DNA from: an uncultured Clostridia bacterium
Lineage (GTDB): Bacteria > Bacillota > Clostridia > Christensenellales > CAG-138
Direction of reading: 5' to 3'
NCBI GenBank assembly: GCA_944336475.1
Contig: CALVLD010000002.1
Location: forward strand, 69,814 to 133,813
Length of the DNA stretch: 64,000 nucleotides
The notes below the pieces were generated by a model. It was given only the letters and a program-made list of their open reading frames with translations. It was not told where the DNA came from and did no database searches. The position numbers and the translations under genes are program-made. Each line of letters opens with the position of its first letter. The stretch's first letter is position 1. Below are positions 8,916 to 18,558 of the stretch, piece after piece.

Positions 8916-10385
8916 TTACTGCCTGTGAGCATTCGCAAGCTCGTTGAAGCTCATTATCAGCCTATCGATCTCACCTGCCTGATTGTGGATGTTCTTCCAA
9001 TAGTTGGGATCGTACCACTGTGCGTTGAGCTCGTCAACAGACTTGCCCTGCTGCTCGACCCAGGTGTAGTACTTAAGGTTGTGTACACGCTTGCGTGCCT
9101 GGTATGTAAGCTCTTCCATGCTGTCGGTACGAATGCCCTGCAGATGCAGTGCAAAGTCGGAAGCGGCGTCAATGAGGGTGTAATCGCCTTTCTGCTCGTT
9201 TAGCTCGGCAACACGGCTGGTATACATGGCTGCGGAATCGGTGCAGACGGTTGCGATGACATCATCCTCGGTGAGGTCATAGTACTTGGCAAACTTGATG
9301 CAGCAGAGCATATTGGCAATGCCGGAAATGCCCATGAGAGGGAGCTTATCGACCAGCTCAGGCTCAAGCCCTACAAACTCCACAAGATACTGACGGCCCT
9401 CGGGCGTATTGAACAGGCGGAGCAGGTTCTGGCTGTCATCGTCGTCGATGGCTATCACCATGTCGGTATTGCGCACATTGTGTACCCAAGGCACATGCTT
9501 GTCGCCAATGCCCTCTATGCGATGGCCGCCGAAGCCGTTCTCAAGCAGCGTGGGGCACTGAAGCGCCTCACCGACGGCGAGCTTGCTGTACGGATACTTC
9601 TCCTTAAGGTAGTCACCGCTGCCCATCGTACCTGCGCTGCCGCTTGTGAAGCAGGCGCCGGCAAAACGGCTGGTGGGGGTTTTTATGCTTTCGTAGACCT
9701 CCTCAATGGCGCTGCCGGTCACATGATAGTGCCAGAGATGATTGCCCATCTCCTCAAACTGATTGAATATTATAACATCGTTACGGGTACGGCGAAGCTC
9801 CCATGTCTTGTCGAATATCTCCTTGACGTTGCTCTCGCAGCCGGGGGTGGCGATAACCTCGCCGGCGATCCGGCTAAGCCACTCAAAGCGTTCGCGGCTC
9901 ATCTCCGCAGGGAGTATGGCAATGCTGTCGCAGGAGAGCAGCTTGGAGTTGTATGCACCGCCACGGCAGTAGTTGCCTGTGGACGGCCACACGGCCTTGT
10001 TGTAAGTCGGATCAAACTGGCCTGTAACAAGACGGGGAACCAGACAGCCGAAGCTGGCGCCGACCTTGTGACAGCCCGTGGGGAACCACTTGCCAACGAG
10101 GGCGACTATTCGGGCATGCACGCCGGTGAGCTTGGAGGGCAGCTCGATGTAGTTGACTCCGCCGTAGGTTCCGCCGAATTCCTTGGGCTCATTGTGCCAT
10201 GAAATGCGAAAAAGGTTATACGGATTGACGTCCCAAAGCCCGATGTGCGTCAGCTCATCCTTGACATATTGGGGGATCAGAGCAGGGTTTTTCATCTGGG
10301 CTATCGTGGGTATTACAATGCCGCGCTCCCTTGCGCGGATAATTGCTCTTTCGAGTTTTTCCCGGTTGATTGTGAGGTCTATCAT
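8916..10385 (-). CDS. PLP-dependent enzyme, tryptophan-synthase-beta-like fold (PALP family), long 489-aa form
   Basis: Lys-containing CHKVGASFG motif and glycine-rich phosphate loop TSGSAGTMGSG. Substrate not inferable from sequence. Confidence 0.6.
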   Translation of the reverse strand: MIDLTINREKLERAIIRARERGIVIPTIAQMKNPALIPQYVKDELTHIGLWDVNPYNLFRISWHNEPKEFGGTYGGVNYIELPSKLTGVHARIVALVGKWFPTGCHKVGASFGCLVPRLVTGQFDPTYNKAVWPSTGNYCRGGAYNSKLLSCDSIAILPAEMSRERFEWLSRIAGEVIATPGCESNVKEIFDKTWELRRTRNDVIIFNQFEEMGNHLWHYHVTGSAIEEVYESIKTPTSRFAGACFTSGSAGTMGSGDYLKEKYPYSKLAVGEALQCPTLLENGFGGHRIEGIGDKHVPWVHNVRNTDMVIAIDDDDSQNLLRLFNTPEGRQYLVEFVGLEPELVDKLPLMGISGIANMLCCIKFAKYYDLTEDDVIATVCTDSAAMYTSRVAELNEQKGDYTLIDAASDFALHLQGIRTDSMEELTYQARKRVHNLKYYTWVEQQGKSVDELNAQWYDPNYWKNIHNQAGEIDRLIMSFNELANAHRQ

Positions 10386-10477
10386 AGTTATTTTCCTTTC
10401 GGCAATTTATTCGCTCAAGTATATTTCATGGAATCTGAAAAGTAAAGCCCTTTTGAGTTTTTTTGCAATAAATATAC

Positions 10478-10506
10478 TTGTTTGAGGGGTATCGGTGATG
10501 TATAAT
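10478..10506 (+). promoter_or_regulatory. Sigma-A-type promoter for buk
   Basis: TTGTTT (10478-10483), 17-nt spacer, TATAAT (10501-10506). Confidence 0.6.
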
Positions 10507-10546
10507 TACACACCAGAATGATCATTACCCGAAAGGAGCGATAAAA

Positions 10547-11626
10547 GTGAAGAAAGACTACCGTGTGCTTGTCATCAATCCCGGCTCGACATCCACAAAG
10601 GTCGGCGTCTACGAGGGGGAGACGATGCTTTACGAGGGCGTTGTTCGCCACAGCCGTGATGAGCTGAGCCCCTATCCGACCATCATCTCCCAGAAGGATA
10701 TGCGCCTCGACCTTGTTAAGAAGCTCATCGAGGAGAACGGCTACACCCTTGACGAGATGGATGCATTCGTCGGCCGAGGAGGAATAATCCGTCCTCTGTT
10801 CCATGCCGGTGTGTATACGATAAACGACCGTCTTATTGACGATCTTATCAATCTGCCGAGCGCACAGCGCCATGCGTCCGCACTCGGAGGAATAATCGCA
10901 CGAGGTTTCGGCGATGCGTACGGCAAACCCTCCTTCGTGGTGGATCCTGTAACAGTGGATGAACGTGACGAGATCGCAAAGGTTACGGGTCTTCCCTTTG
11001 TACACAGGGAGTGCATATTCCACTGTCTTAATCAAAAGGCCGCCGCACGTCACTACTGCAAGCTGAACGGCAGGAGGTATGACGAGGTCAGCGTGGTGGT
11101 CGCCCACATGGGCGGAGGAATTTCCGTTGCTGCGCATAAGAACGGCAGGATAATCGACGTCACCGATACGATGTCGGGCGAAGGTCCGTTCACTCCCGAA
11201 CGCTGCGGTGCGATCTCCGCAAAGGCGGTTGCGGAGATGATATTTGATCAGGGCAAGACTCGTGCAGAGATAAACGGCTACATCGCCGGCAAGGGCGGCC
11301 TCATGGCGCACTTCGGCACCAACTCCGCGCTCGATGTCGAGCGTAAGGCAGAGGCAGGCGATGAGCATGCAAAGCTCATATACGACGCCATGGGCTACAC
11401 CATTGCAAAGGCCGTAGGAGAGATGGCAACGGTGCTGAGCGGTAAGGTTGACGCCGTGATACTCACGGGCGGCCTTGCGTACAGCAAGCCTCTCACCGAC
11501 TATATCTCCGAGCGTGTCGGCTTCATAGCACCCATAGAGTGTTATCCCGGCGAGGGCGAGCTCTCCGCACTGGCGGCAGGTGCGATCCGTGTACTCACGG
11601 GTGAGGAAGAGCCTAGGGAGTACTGA
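10547..11626 (+). CDS. buk: Butyrate kinase
   Basis: N-terminal VLVINPGSTSTKVGVYE acetate/butyrate-kinase signature, 359 aa. GTG start after AAAGGAG. Confidence 0.9.
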   Translation: MKKDYRVLVINPGSTSTKVGVYEGETMLYEGVVRHSRDELSPYPTIISQKDMRLDLVKKLIEENGYTLDEMDAFVGRGGIIRPLFHAGVYTINDRLIDDLINLPSAQRHASALGGIIARGFGDAYGKPSFVVDPVTVDERDEIAKVTGLPFVHRECIFHCLNQKAAARHYCKLNGRRYDEVSVVVAHMGGGISVAAHKNGRIIDVTDTMSGEGPFTPERCGAISAKAVAEMIFDQGKTRAEINGYIAGKGGLMAHFGTNSALDVERKAEAGDEHAKLIYDAMGYTIAKAVGEMATVLSGKVDAVILTGGLAYSKPLTDYISERVGFIAPIECYPGEGELSALAAGAIRVLTGEEEPREY

Positions 11627-11633
11627 TCAAAGC

Positions 11634-12257
11634 ATGTTTCTAATCGTCGGATTGGGCAATCCCGGCAGGGAGTATGCCAACACAAGGCACAATGCCGGCT
11701 TCATGACGCTTGACATACTTGCCGAAAGGCTCGGCATAGACATCCGCCGCAGAGGATTCCGCTGTGTTTACGGTGAGGGCAGAGTGGACGGAGAGCGCGT
11801 CGTGCTTGCAAAGCCGGAGACGTTTATGAATAACTCCGGCTACGCTGCGGTGGAGCTCATGAACTGGTACAAGGTTGAGCATAGCCGTCTGTTGGTCATA
11901 TATGACGACGCCGATATACCATGCGGCACCATACGCATCCGTGAAAAGGGCAGCTCAGGCACGCATAACGGCATGAGGAGCATAGTCGATCTGCTGGGGT
12001 TTGATGATTTCCCCCGCATAAGGGTAGGCATAGGCGCAGCCGACAGGTGCATGATAGGCCACGTTCTGGGCGACTTCACCGAAGACGAAAAGCCCGAGGC
12101 GGCAAAGGCCGTTGCCCAGGCTGCGGAGGCGGCGGAGCTCATAGTGCGAGGACGGATATCCGACGCACAGGCAAAGTTCAACCATCGAGGCGGCAAGCCA
12201 AAGCCAAAGCCTGCGGAGGCGCCTGTGCCGGATGGGACGGCTCGGGATGTGCAATAG
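11634..12257 (+). CDS. pth: Peptidyl-tRNA hydrolase
   Basis: MFLIVGLGNPGREYANTRHNAGF signature. The internal ATG at 11634 was chosen. C-terminal Lys/Pro-rich extension. Confidence 0.9.
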   Translation: MFLIVGLGNPGREYANTRHNAGFMTLDILAERLGIDIRRRGFRCVYGEGRVDGERVVLAKPETFMNNSGYAAVELMNWYKVEHSRLLVIYDDADIPCGTIRIREKGSSGTHNGMRSIVDLLGFDDFPRIRVGIGAADRCMIGHVLGDFTEDEKPEAAKAVAQAAEAAELIVRGRISDAQAKFNHRGGKPKPKPAEAPVPDGTARDVQ

Positions 12258-12282
12258 GTTCCATTCAATATGCAAATACAAA

Positions 12283-12312
12283 GCACGATGATTGCAGATG
12301 CAGTCATCGTGC
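12283..12312. terminator. Bidirectional hairpin terminator
   Basis: GCACGATGA (12283-12291) pairs with TCATCGTGC (12304-12312). T-rich tract on both strands. Lies between convergent pth and the anti-sigma gene. Confidence 0.75.
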
Positions 12313-12334
12313 CTGTTTTAATCACAGTCCACGG

Positions 12335-13087
12335 TCAGCTGAGCTGCTTCAGTATGTATGCCTCGATGTCGTCAAGGTCAAGAGCGTCCTGCGCTCCGGG
12401 GTAGGCATCTCGGCAAAATATCAGGCCCTGCTCGGTGGAGAGAAATGCCCAGCGCATACCATCGCCAAGTCCGCAGGGGGCTATGTCGCACAGTCTCAGA
12501 GTTGCGCCGTTCTGCTCCCAAACGGATGTTTCGCTATATACATTTGCCATGAATATGCCCTCCTCAGCCTTCCCGATATGGGAGATAACGCCGCTATCCT
12601 CAGTGTAAAGCCCAACCACATCCACTGCGCAGGGGAGGAGTATGGTGATCTGCTCGCCCGGGGCTATATCCCCACCGTATACCTCGTTCACGGATATGGA
12701 CGCAAGGCAGCGAAATGCCTTCTCACCGTTAAAATCGACTGTGATATTGGTAAGCCCGGCTATCCTGCCGCGGAAGATATACATATTCTCCCGAGAGAAC
12801 ATTTTCTCCTCCGTAAAATACCAGAGAAGATCGTGCGAAGAGCGGGCGACTGCTTCCGCATCACAGCCGAAGTACACTGTTGCGGTCGATGCTTCGGAAA
12901 GGGGAATGTCGCTTAACTGTGGGTCGCCTTGACGGAATAGCGCCAGTAAGGCAACGCCCGCTATGACGCACAGGCATGCCGCCGCAGCACAGATCTGCCA
13001 AACACGCCGCTTTCCCTTAGCTTCGGCTTCCAGAACATACTCGGGGTCGATCAGATCCATCTTATCCAAAAATTCGTCTCCTCTCAT
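12335..13087 (-). CDS. Putative anti-sigma factor (single-pass membrane protein)
   Basis: ATGA overlap with the upstream ECF sigma gene. One TM helix (VWQICAAAACLCVIAGVALLALF) after a short cytoplasmic N-terminus. Confidence 0.55.
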   Translation of the reverse strand: MRGDEFLDKMDLIDPEYVLEAEAKGKRRVWQICAAAACLCVIAGVALLALFRQGDPQLSDIPLSEASTATVYFGCDAEAVARSSHDLLWYFTEEKMFSRENMYIFRGRIAGLTNITVDFNGEKAFRCLASISVNEVYGGDIAPGEQITILLPCAVDVVGLYTEDSGVISHIGKAEEGIFMANVYSETSVWEQNGATLRLCDIAPCGLGDGMRWAFLSTEQGLIFCRDAYPGAQDALDLDDIEAYILKQLS

Positions 13088-13644
13088 ATGGTATGATCCT
13101 CCTTTTTAAGATGCTCCCGCAGCTTATTTCTGCAGCGGTAGAGCGTTGTTTTTACCTTGCTCTCGGACAGAGCAAAGCGTTTGGAAATGTCTGCGACGGA
13201 GTCGAGGTACCAATAGCTACGAACAAATATTCTGCGGCATTCGGGGGTCAATGATGCAAGAAAGCTGTTCATCATATCGGCAAAGGCCATGTCGTCCAAG
13301 CGGCATTGGCAGTCGTCCGGAACAGGTATGCACTGCTCCATCTCCGCGCTCAGCTCGCAGATGTGGACACTCCTCTTCAAACGACTGCTATCCCGACATC
13401 GGTTTAATGAAACGTTTCGGGTGATGCGTGCCAGGAAGGCATACAGATGATCCTTGGGGCTGTGAGGGGGTATGGCATTCCACGCCTTAACATAGGTGTC
13501 GTTTTCACATTCCTCGGCTGTCTGTGCATCCCTCACGATGCCGTATGACAGCCGCCTCAGACGTTTTCCGTACTTCTCGGAGGTGTGACGTAGCGCCGAT
13601 TCGTCTCTTGAGAGAAACAATTCTACTATATCCCCATCTTCCAT
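13084..13644 (-). CDS. ECF-type RNA polymerase sigma factor (sigma-70 family)
   Basis: Region 2 (DTYVKAW) and region 4 HTH (SVADISKRFALSESKVKTTLYRCRNKL). The second ATG (13644) is better spaced from the AAGGAG SD than ATG 13653. Confidence 0.8.
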   Translation of the reverse strand: MEDGDIVELFLSRDESALRHTSEKYGKRLRRLSYGIVRDAQTAEECENDTYVKAWNAIPPHSPKDHLYAFLARITRNVSLNRCRDSSRLKRSVHICELSAEMEQCIPVPDDCQCRLDDMAFADMMNSFLASLTPECRRIFVRSYWYLDSVADISKRFALSESKVKTTLYRCRNKLREHLKKEDHTI

Positions 13645-13785
13645 CGACTTCATCTCCTTTCCGGGGTTCTAAAAGGCCTTTCACCCATATAATCACCGTT
13701 TGCCGCAAAAGGGTTACAAGACATGGCGCAAAACATAAAAAAGAGGCGCAGATACTATCCGCACCTCAAGCGTTCCATATTCCAA

Positions 13786-14913
13786 TCACCACGGGCGTCT
13801 GCCCCAGGCGAAGTGTTGCCGCCAGTAATAGGAGCGGCACGTCCTCAAAACGACACAGCCGTGGTTTGCGGATGCGTCTATCATCATTCCGTTGCCGACA
13901 TATATGCCCACATGACCGATCCTCGAGTAGGAATTGTTGTAGAAGAACAGCAAATCGCCGATGTGAAGATTGTCGATATTGTTCAGCATCTCCCATTCGG
14001 TAACGGAGGCGTAGCCGGCGGCGTTATAGCGGCCGCGGTTGCTTCCTGCCTCACGCAGACAGTAGTACACAAGCCCGGAGCAGTCAAATGCATTAGGCCC
14101 ACATGCGCCCAGTATGTACGGCTTGCCGAGTTGAGCATATGCGCAGCTCACCATGCGCTGTATGTTAGCACGACTCGTCTCCTGCTGAACGACCCATGCG
14201 GCAGGAACGGCGGAGGGGGAGTAGAGCTTTTCAATGGTCAGTTCGCCCGCAAGCCCGTCTACCGCAAGCCCATTGCGGGACTGGAAATCACGAACCGCCT
14301 TCTTGGTGTATGAGCCGTAGAACCCGTCAACCTCTATCACATAATAGCCCAACATCTTGAGCTGCTCCTGGAGGTTTTTGACGTCTATGCCCGTGGTCCC
14401 CTCTTCCATGACATACTTTTCCGCCTTGTCGGAGAATAGCAGCGTCAGAGTTTTTTGACCGGCCATGCCGTCCATTGTAAGGTCATGCTGACGCTGGAAG
14501 AGCTGTATTGCGGTCGCAGTCGCACTACCGAAATACTGAGTGGGCTCGTCGATGTCGAGATAGCCAAGCTCCATCAGCCTGTCCTGTAATGAGCTGACAT
14601 AAGCGCTGTTCGTGCCCTGAATGAGCATGGGGTTCACCGTCACCTTCGGTGTGGGGGCAGGAGATGTGGTCACATACGGCGTTCCCGTGGGCAGCTCAGC
14701 GCCGTTCGGAGTCTCGGTCGCATATCTTATGGCAAAGACATCCTCGTCTGAATCGCGGCCGTTCGCATTCGGCAAAACGATAACAAGCGCAACACACGTT
14801 ACTACCGTTGCGGCAACGGCGGCAAGCACGATCTTTTCCTTCAACTTAAGGCGCTTGAGCCACGATACGGCGTCCCGCACCTTGGACTTAACAGTTTGCA
14901 GAGAGAATTTCAT
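13786..14913 (-). CDS. Membrane-anchored peptidoglycan hydrolase: PG_binding_1 repeats + NlpC/P60 domain
   Basis: PG-binding repeats (LQDRLMELGYLD..., LQEQLKMLGYY...). Catalytic FDCSGLVYYC and GHVGIYVG. ATG 14913 follows an AAGGAAGG SD. Confidence 0.85.
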   Translation of the reverse strand: MKFSLQTVKSKVRDAVSWLKRLKLKEKIVLAAVAATVVTCVALVIVLPNANGRDSDEDVFAIRYATETPNGAELPTGTPYVTTSPAPTPKVTVNPMLIQGTNSAYVSSLQDRLMELGYLDIDEPTQYFGSATATAIQLFQRQHDLTMDGMAGQKTLTLLFSDKAEKYVMEEGTTGIDVKNLQEQLKMLGYYVIEVDGFYGSYTKKAVRDFQSRNGLAVDGLAGELTIEKLYSPSAVPAAWVVQQETSRANIQRMVSCAYAQLGKPYILGACGPNAFDCSGLVYYCLREAGSNRGRYNAAGYASVTEWEMLNNIDNLHIGDLLFFYNNSYSRIGHVGIYVGNGMMIDASANHGCVVLRTCRSYYWRQHFAWGRRPW

Positions 14914-15120
14914 ACCAATCCGTCCTTCCTTAAACGCATTATACACCATACCGCCTAAGTTTTCAACACTTACAGCCATATTCGGGGTATTAAATGTGAA
15001 CAAACTGTTAAAAATGGTTTAAGCGGGGGTATTTTTCCGCTTCGTTCATAAATTGTTTGTTTGTATTGAACGACATCCATGGTATAATGCGTATGTAAGA
15101 TTACAGAGGGAGGTGACGAA

Positions 15121-16740
15121 TTGGACTCGTTTTTTAAGAAAATGCTTGCATGGATACGCTCTTTGAGGCTCGATCACGTTTTCAGACCCGTCTGGGAGCG
15201 TATCACTCGCACTGTCCTAAAGATCTTTGCATCGGTTAAAAAGCATTGGCTCCCGGTGTGCAGCGTTTCCGCCGCAGCCGTGGTCGCAGTCGTGCTGATA
15301 TGCGTGCTTTCCGCAGGGGATGACGACGGAGTTGTTGCGATAAGCGGTTCTCGCAATATCGCATCTGCAGGTCAGCCGACGACAACGCCTGTGCAGACAT
15401 TGACGCATACCCCCGTTCCGACGGAGATCCCTACGCCCACGCCCGAGCCCTTGCACCTCGGCTACGGAGACCAAAACGATATTGTGGCAGGTGTTCAGGA
15501 GCGGCTTATGGCGCTCAACTACATGGATTATGATGAGCCGACGGACTTTTACGGCAGCGCCACAAGCGAGGCAGTGCGCCTGTTTCAAAGGCGAAACGGC
15601 CTCGATACAACTGGTGAACTGGATCAGGCGGGTTACGACCTGCTTATGTCGGACTCGGCTCTTATATACATGGCGATGCTGGGCGATGAGGGCACGGACG
15701 TTATCGAGATGCAAACGCGGCTCTACGAGCTCGAGTATATCGATGCCATCACGGGCTATTTTGGCGAAAAGACCGAGGCGGCGGTAAAGCTCTTTCAGGA
15801 GAAGAACGGCCTGACCGTTGACGGCAAGGTAGGCCGTATAACCAAGGAGAAGCTCTACAGTGATGATGCCGTTCCTAATTCATTGCAATACGGCTCTAAG
15901 GGCGATGAGGTGCTGAAATACCAGAACAGGCTTTCAACGCTCGGCTACCTCACCACCGAGCCGGACGGCATATACGGCAACGATACGGTCATGGCGGTAA
16001 AACGTTTTCAAGAGCGCAATGCGCTTGTTGTAGACGGGTATCTCGGCCCCACTACAAAGCAGCTTTTGATGAGCGGTGATGCCAAGGCGAACAAGCTCGA
16101 ATACACCATGAGCGGCGATGACATCACACGAGTGCAATACAGGCTTCACGAGCTGAACTATCTCCATGCTTCGAGCGTGACGGGCTACTTCGGCGCTGTT
16201 ACGGATGCGGCGGTACGCATGTTCCAGTCAAACAACGGTCTGAGCGTTGACGGCAAGGTTGGGAAGGCCACCATGAAAAAGCTCTTCTCCGATGATCCCG
16301 TCCGTGCGGCAGCATATGTGACCCAAGGTACCCCCGGTCTGGGCGACGGCGAGGGCGGCAATATCGAAACATTCATTGCTATTGCGGAGTCAAAGCTCGG
16401 CGCACCCTATGTGCGTGGCGCAAAGGGGCCAAATGCATTCGACTGCTCAGGATTCGTATACTGGTGCCTCAACCAAGCAGGCGTGCATCAGAGTTATATG
16501 ACGACCTACATGTGGCGAACGACTAACCGCTATCCGCGCATACACTCCATGAGCGATCTTCGCAGGGGCGATATAATACTCTTCAAAATGGGCGATACGA
16601 CAGGTCACATAGGCATCGTGCTCGGCGACAACATGATGATAGACGCTTCCAACAACAGAGGACAGGTGGTCATCAGAAGCTATGACACCGCCTTCTGGCG
16701 CAGAACATTCTTCTGCGGATACCGTGTATTCGGAGGATAA
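15121..16740 (+). CDS. Membrane-anchored peptidoglycan hydrolase: >=4 PG_binding_1 repeats + NlpC/P60 domain
   Basis: Repeated LxxLxYL...G.xT..AV..FQ..NGL..DG modules. Catalytic FDCSGFVYWC and GHIGIVLG. TTG start 7 nt after GGGAGG. Confidence 0.85.
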   Translation: MDSFFKKMLAWIRSLRLDHVFRPVWERITRTVLKIFASVKKHWLPVCSVSAAAVVAVVLICVLSAGDDDGVVAISGSRNIASAGQPTTTPVQTLTHTPVPTEIPTPTPEPLHLGYGDQNDIVAGVQERLMALNYMDYDEPTDFYGSATSEAVRLFQRRNGLDTTGELDQAGYDLLMSDSALIYMAMLGDEGTDVIEMQTRLYELEYIDAITGYFGEKTEAAVKLFQEKNGLTVDGKVGRITKEKLYSDDAVPNSLQYGSKGDEVLKYQNRLSTLGYLTTEPDGIYGNDTVMAVKRFQERNALVVDGYLGPTTKQLLMSGDAKANKLEYTMSGDDITRVQYRLHELNYLHASSVTGYFGAVTDAAVRMFQSNNGLSVDGKVGKATMKKLFSDDPVRAAAYVTQGTPGLGDGEGGNIETFIAIAESKLGAPYVRGAKGPNAFDCSGFVYWCLNQAGVHQSYMTTYMWRTTNRYPRIHSMSDLRRGDIILFKMGDTTGHIGIVLGDNMMIDASNNRGQVVIRSYDTAFWRRTFFCGYRVFGG

Positions 16741-17029
16741 ACAGAAACGGGCTCGGCATGGCGCCGAGCCCGTGTGCGTGTCGACAAAACTCGTAGTCCC
16801 TCTTCACTTCGGTACTCTTTGCTATCGCTTGCGATAAACTCAACCGTCTCGCCAAACCATAGCGATAGAGCGGATGTTAGGCAGGTGTGATCTTCTGCAA
16901 AGAAAAGTCGGGGTATGGGATAACGGCAATTTTCTTGCAAAATTTACTTCCAAGACTCATTTTTATTCACCATACGTTCTATGTGCGAGACCGCCGGATA
17001 GATGCTGTGGCATGTTCATTGCGCCCGTC

Positions 17030-17743
17030 TCAAAAGCAGAACGGGTTTAGGACATTCTCTGCGCCAAATACCTTTATCGCCATTCTAAACATGGCTTTGG
17101 CATGGATGCGGTCGTGCCAAATAAAGCGGCGAAGCACCTTACGGAGCGACCAACGTTCGCCGTAACTGCCGTAGATCACCGCATTTTGAAGATAATCGGA
17201 CTTCGATTCAAGCGCCGCAAAACCACGCATGCGGCAGTCATAGATATCGCCTCCGTTATCGGCATCGACCCCTATCTCCGAAAAATAGTACCCGTTGACA
17301 TTCTTTGTATGCTCGTACATCTCATCTGCCGTGCGTGGAACCGAACCGTAAAAGGTTTTGCGCTCCGGTGCGGCGGTTGCGCTTTTGTCGGGAACGGACT
17401 CGTACAATGTAAGGAAATCCCTCGCAGAGCGCAATGCAAGCACCTTCAGCCGCTTATACTCCTTTGATGACAGCGGCGCCGTTTCACTTTCGAAAAGAAC
17501 ATCGGAATCGGCGTCACAGATATTGAGCTCGGAGCTCTTTTCCTCAACTATGGTCACTTTCATGTCTCCCGCAACGGATTCTCTGCGCCATTTGCAATAA
17601 GATGCGATTTCATCGGGCATCTTTGCCATGGCGATCCCAAGACTTTCGCCACGGGTATACGCCCCGACATGATCGACAGCATACAGCAGTGTGTCGTTTC
17701 CGTTGTGTTCCCATACACAGTTTATCGTCATTACTTTCTCCAA
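17030..17743 (-). CDS. Hypothetical protein; C-terminal DinB/YfiT-like signature, HicB-like N-terminal segment (tentative)
   Basis: 237-aa ORF overlapping the upstream GNAT gene by 13 nt. WSLRKVLRRFIWHDRIHAKAM resembles the DinB-type His motif. Confidence 0.45.
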   Translation of the reverse strand: MEKVMTINCVWEHNGNDTLLYAVDHVGAYTRGESLGIAMAKMPDEIASYCKWRRESVAGDMKVTIVEEKSSELNICDADSDVLFESETAPLSSKEYKRLKVLALRSARDFLTLYESVPDKSATAAPERKTFYGSVPRTADEMYEHTKNVNGYYFSEIGVDADNGGDIYDCRMRGFAALESKSDYLQNAVIYGSYGERWSLRKVLRRFIWHDRIHAKAMFRMAIKVFGAENVLNPFCF

Positions 17744-18240
17744 TCACATTCAGACAGGCCGTATACATATAAGTCCGCCCGATTACTGTGAGCGTCCCTG
17801 ACCTGATTTTGCCGAACATCTTCAAGCTTCATTCCCAACCGGTGCATCAGTCCGACAGATTTTATAGCGTCTATCGTTTCGGCAAATATTCTGTGAGCTT
17901 TAAGTTCTCCGAAGGCGTGGTCGATAACGGCCTTGCAGGCTTCCAGGGAATAACCCTGCCTCCAATAGCTGCGATTGAAAATCCAGCCCATTTCATACAC
18001 GCCATTATCAAATTCGTTGAACAGTATGTAGCCTATCATCTTGCCGCTTTCCTTATGAACCGCAGCCACCGCTCCATGCCGTAAAATGCAAAAGTCTGTT
18101 AAGAACCTCTGCGCTTTCTCAAAATCGTATGCGGGTTCACAGTTCTCCATCGTTTCGTCATCACCCAGAATATCATGCAGATCTGTGGCATCCTTCAGCA
18201 TAAAATCACGGATGATCATACGAGGAGTTTCTATGTACAT
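17731..18240 (-). CDS. GNAT family N-acetyltransferase (RimJ/RimL-like)
   Basis: MYIETPRMIIRDF...WRQGYSLEACKAVIDHAF acetyl-CoA-binding pattern. Start set at internal ATG 18240. Confidence 0.8.
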   Translation of the reverse strand: MYIETPRMIIRDFMLKDATDLHDILGDDETMENCEPAYDFEKAQRFLTDFCILRHGAVAAVHKESGKMIGYILFNEFDNGVYEMGWIFNRSYWRQGYSLEACKAVIDHAFGELKAHRIFAETIDAIKSVGLMHRLGMKLEDVRQNQVRDAHSNRADLYVYGLSECDWRK

Positions 18241-18514
18241 GATTACCTCCTTGAACTGCTTCTGCGTACGCCTCTCACAGGTGCGCTCGAAAGTGCACGG
18301 ATAGGTAAAAAGCTGCCCTTGACAGTCGCCAAAGGGTGGACTGGCCGCCGTATCAGCCGACAAAACTACCTAACTCCCGGTTTGCATCGACGGCGCTCTG
18401 GCAATCATAAATCGACAACCGCTAATTTTTGTCTCAATTCTCATATCCCACAGGGTTGAACTTCCGGCTCGACGAGATCAGGCGAACTATGAGCCAAGCT
18501 CTTCCTTCGGATAC

Positions 18515-18555
18515 GGAATAACAAAGAATTCCGGATGCTTACACACCCGGAATTC
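18515..18555 (-). terminator. Intrinsic terminator downstream of tRNA-Pro
   Basis: GAATTCCGG / CCGGAATTC 9-bp stem (18526-18534 / 18547-18555), followed on the minus strand by TTTGTTATT. Confidence 0.75.
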
Positions 18556-18558
18556 TTG

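Noticed and set aside
10415-11368. 317-aa ORF antisense to butyrate kinase
   Set aside because: buk is unmistakable on the + strand. The antisense product has no motifs and an atypical composition.
12047-12916. 289-aa + strand ORF running from inside pth across the terminator and antisense to the anti-sigma gene
   Set aside because: It crosses a strong bidirectional terminator hairpin (12283-12312) and is Arg/Gly/Cys-rich, so it is not credible as coding.
18441-18530. Possible second tRNA or tRNA pseudogene downstream of tRNA-Pro
   Set aside because: Only a 13-nt T-arm match is present. No acceptor, D or anticodon stems can be drawn. It is kept only as a possible integration scar (see findings).
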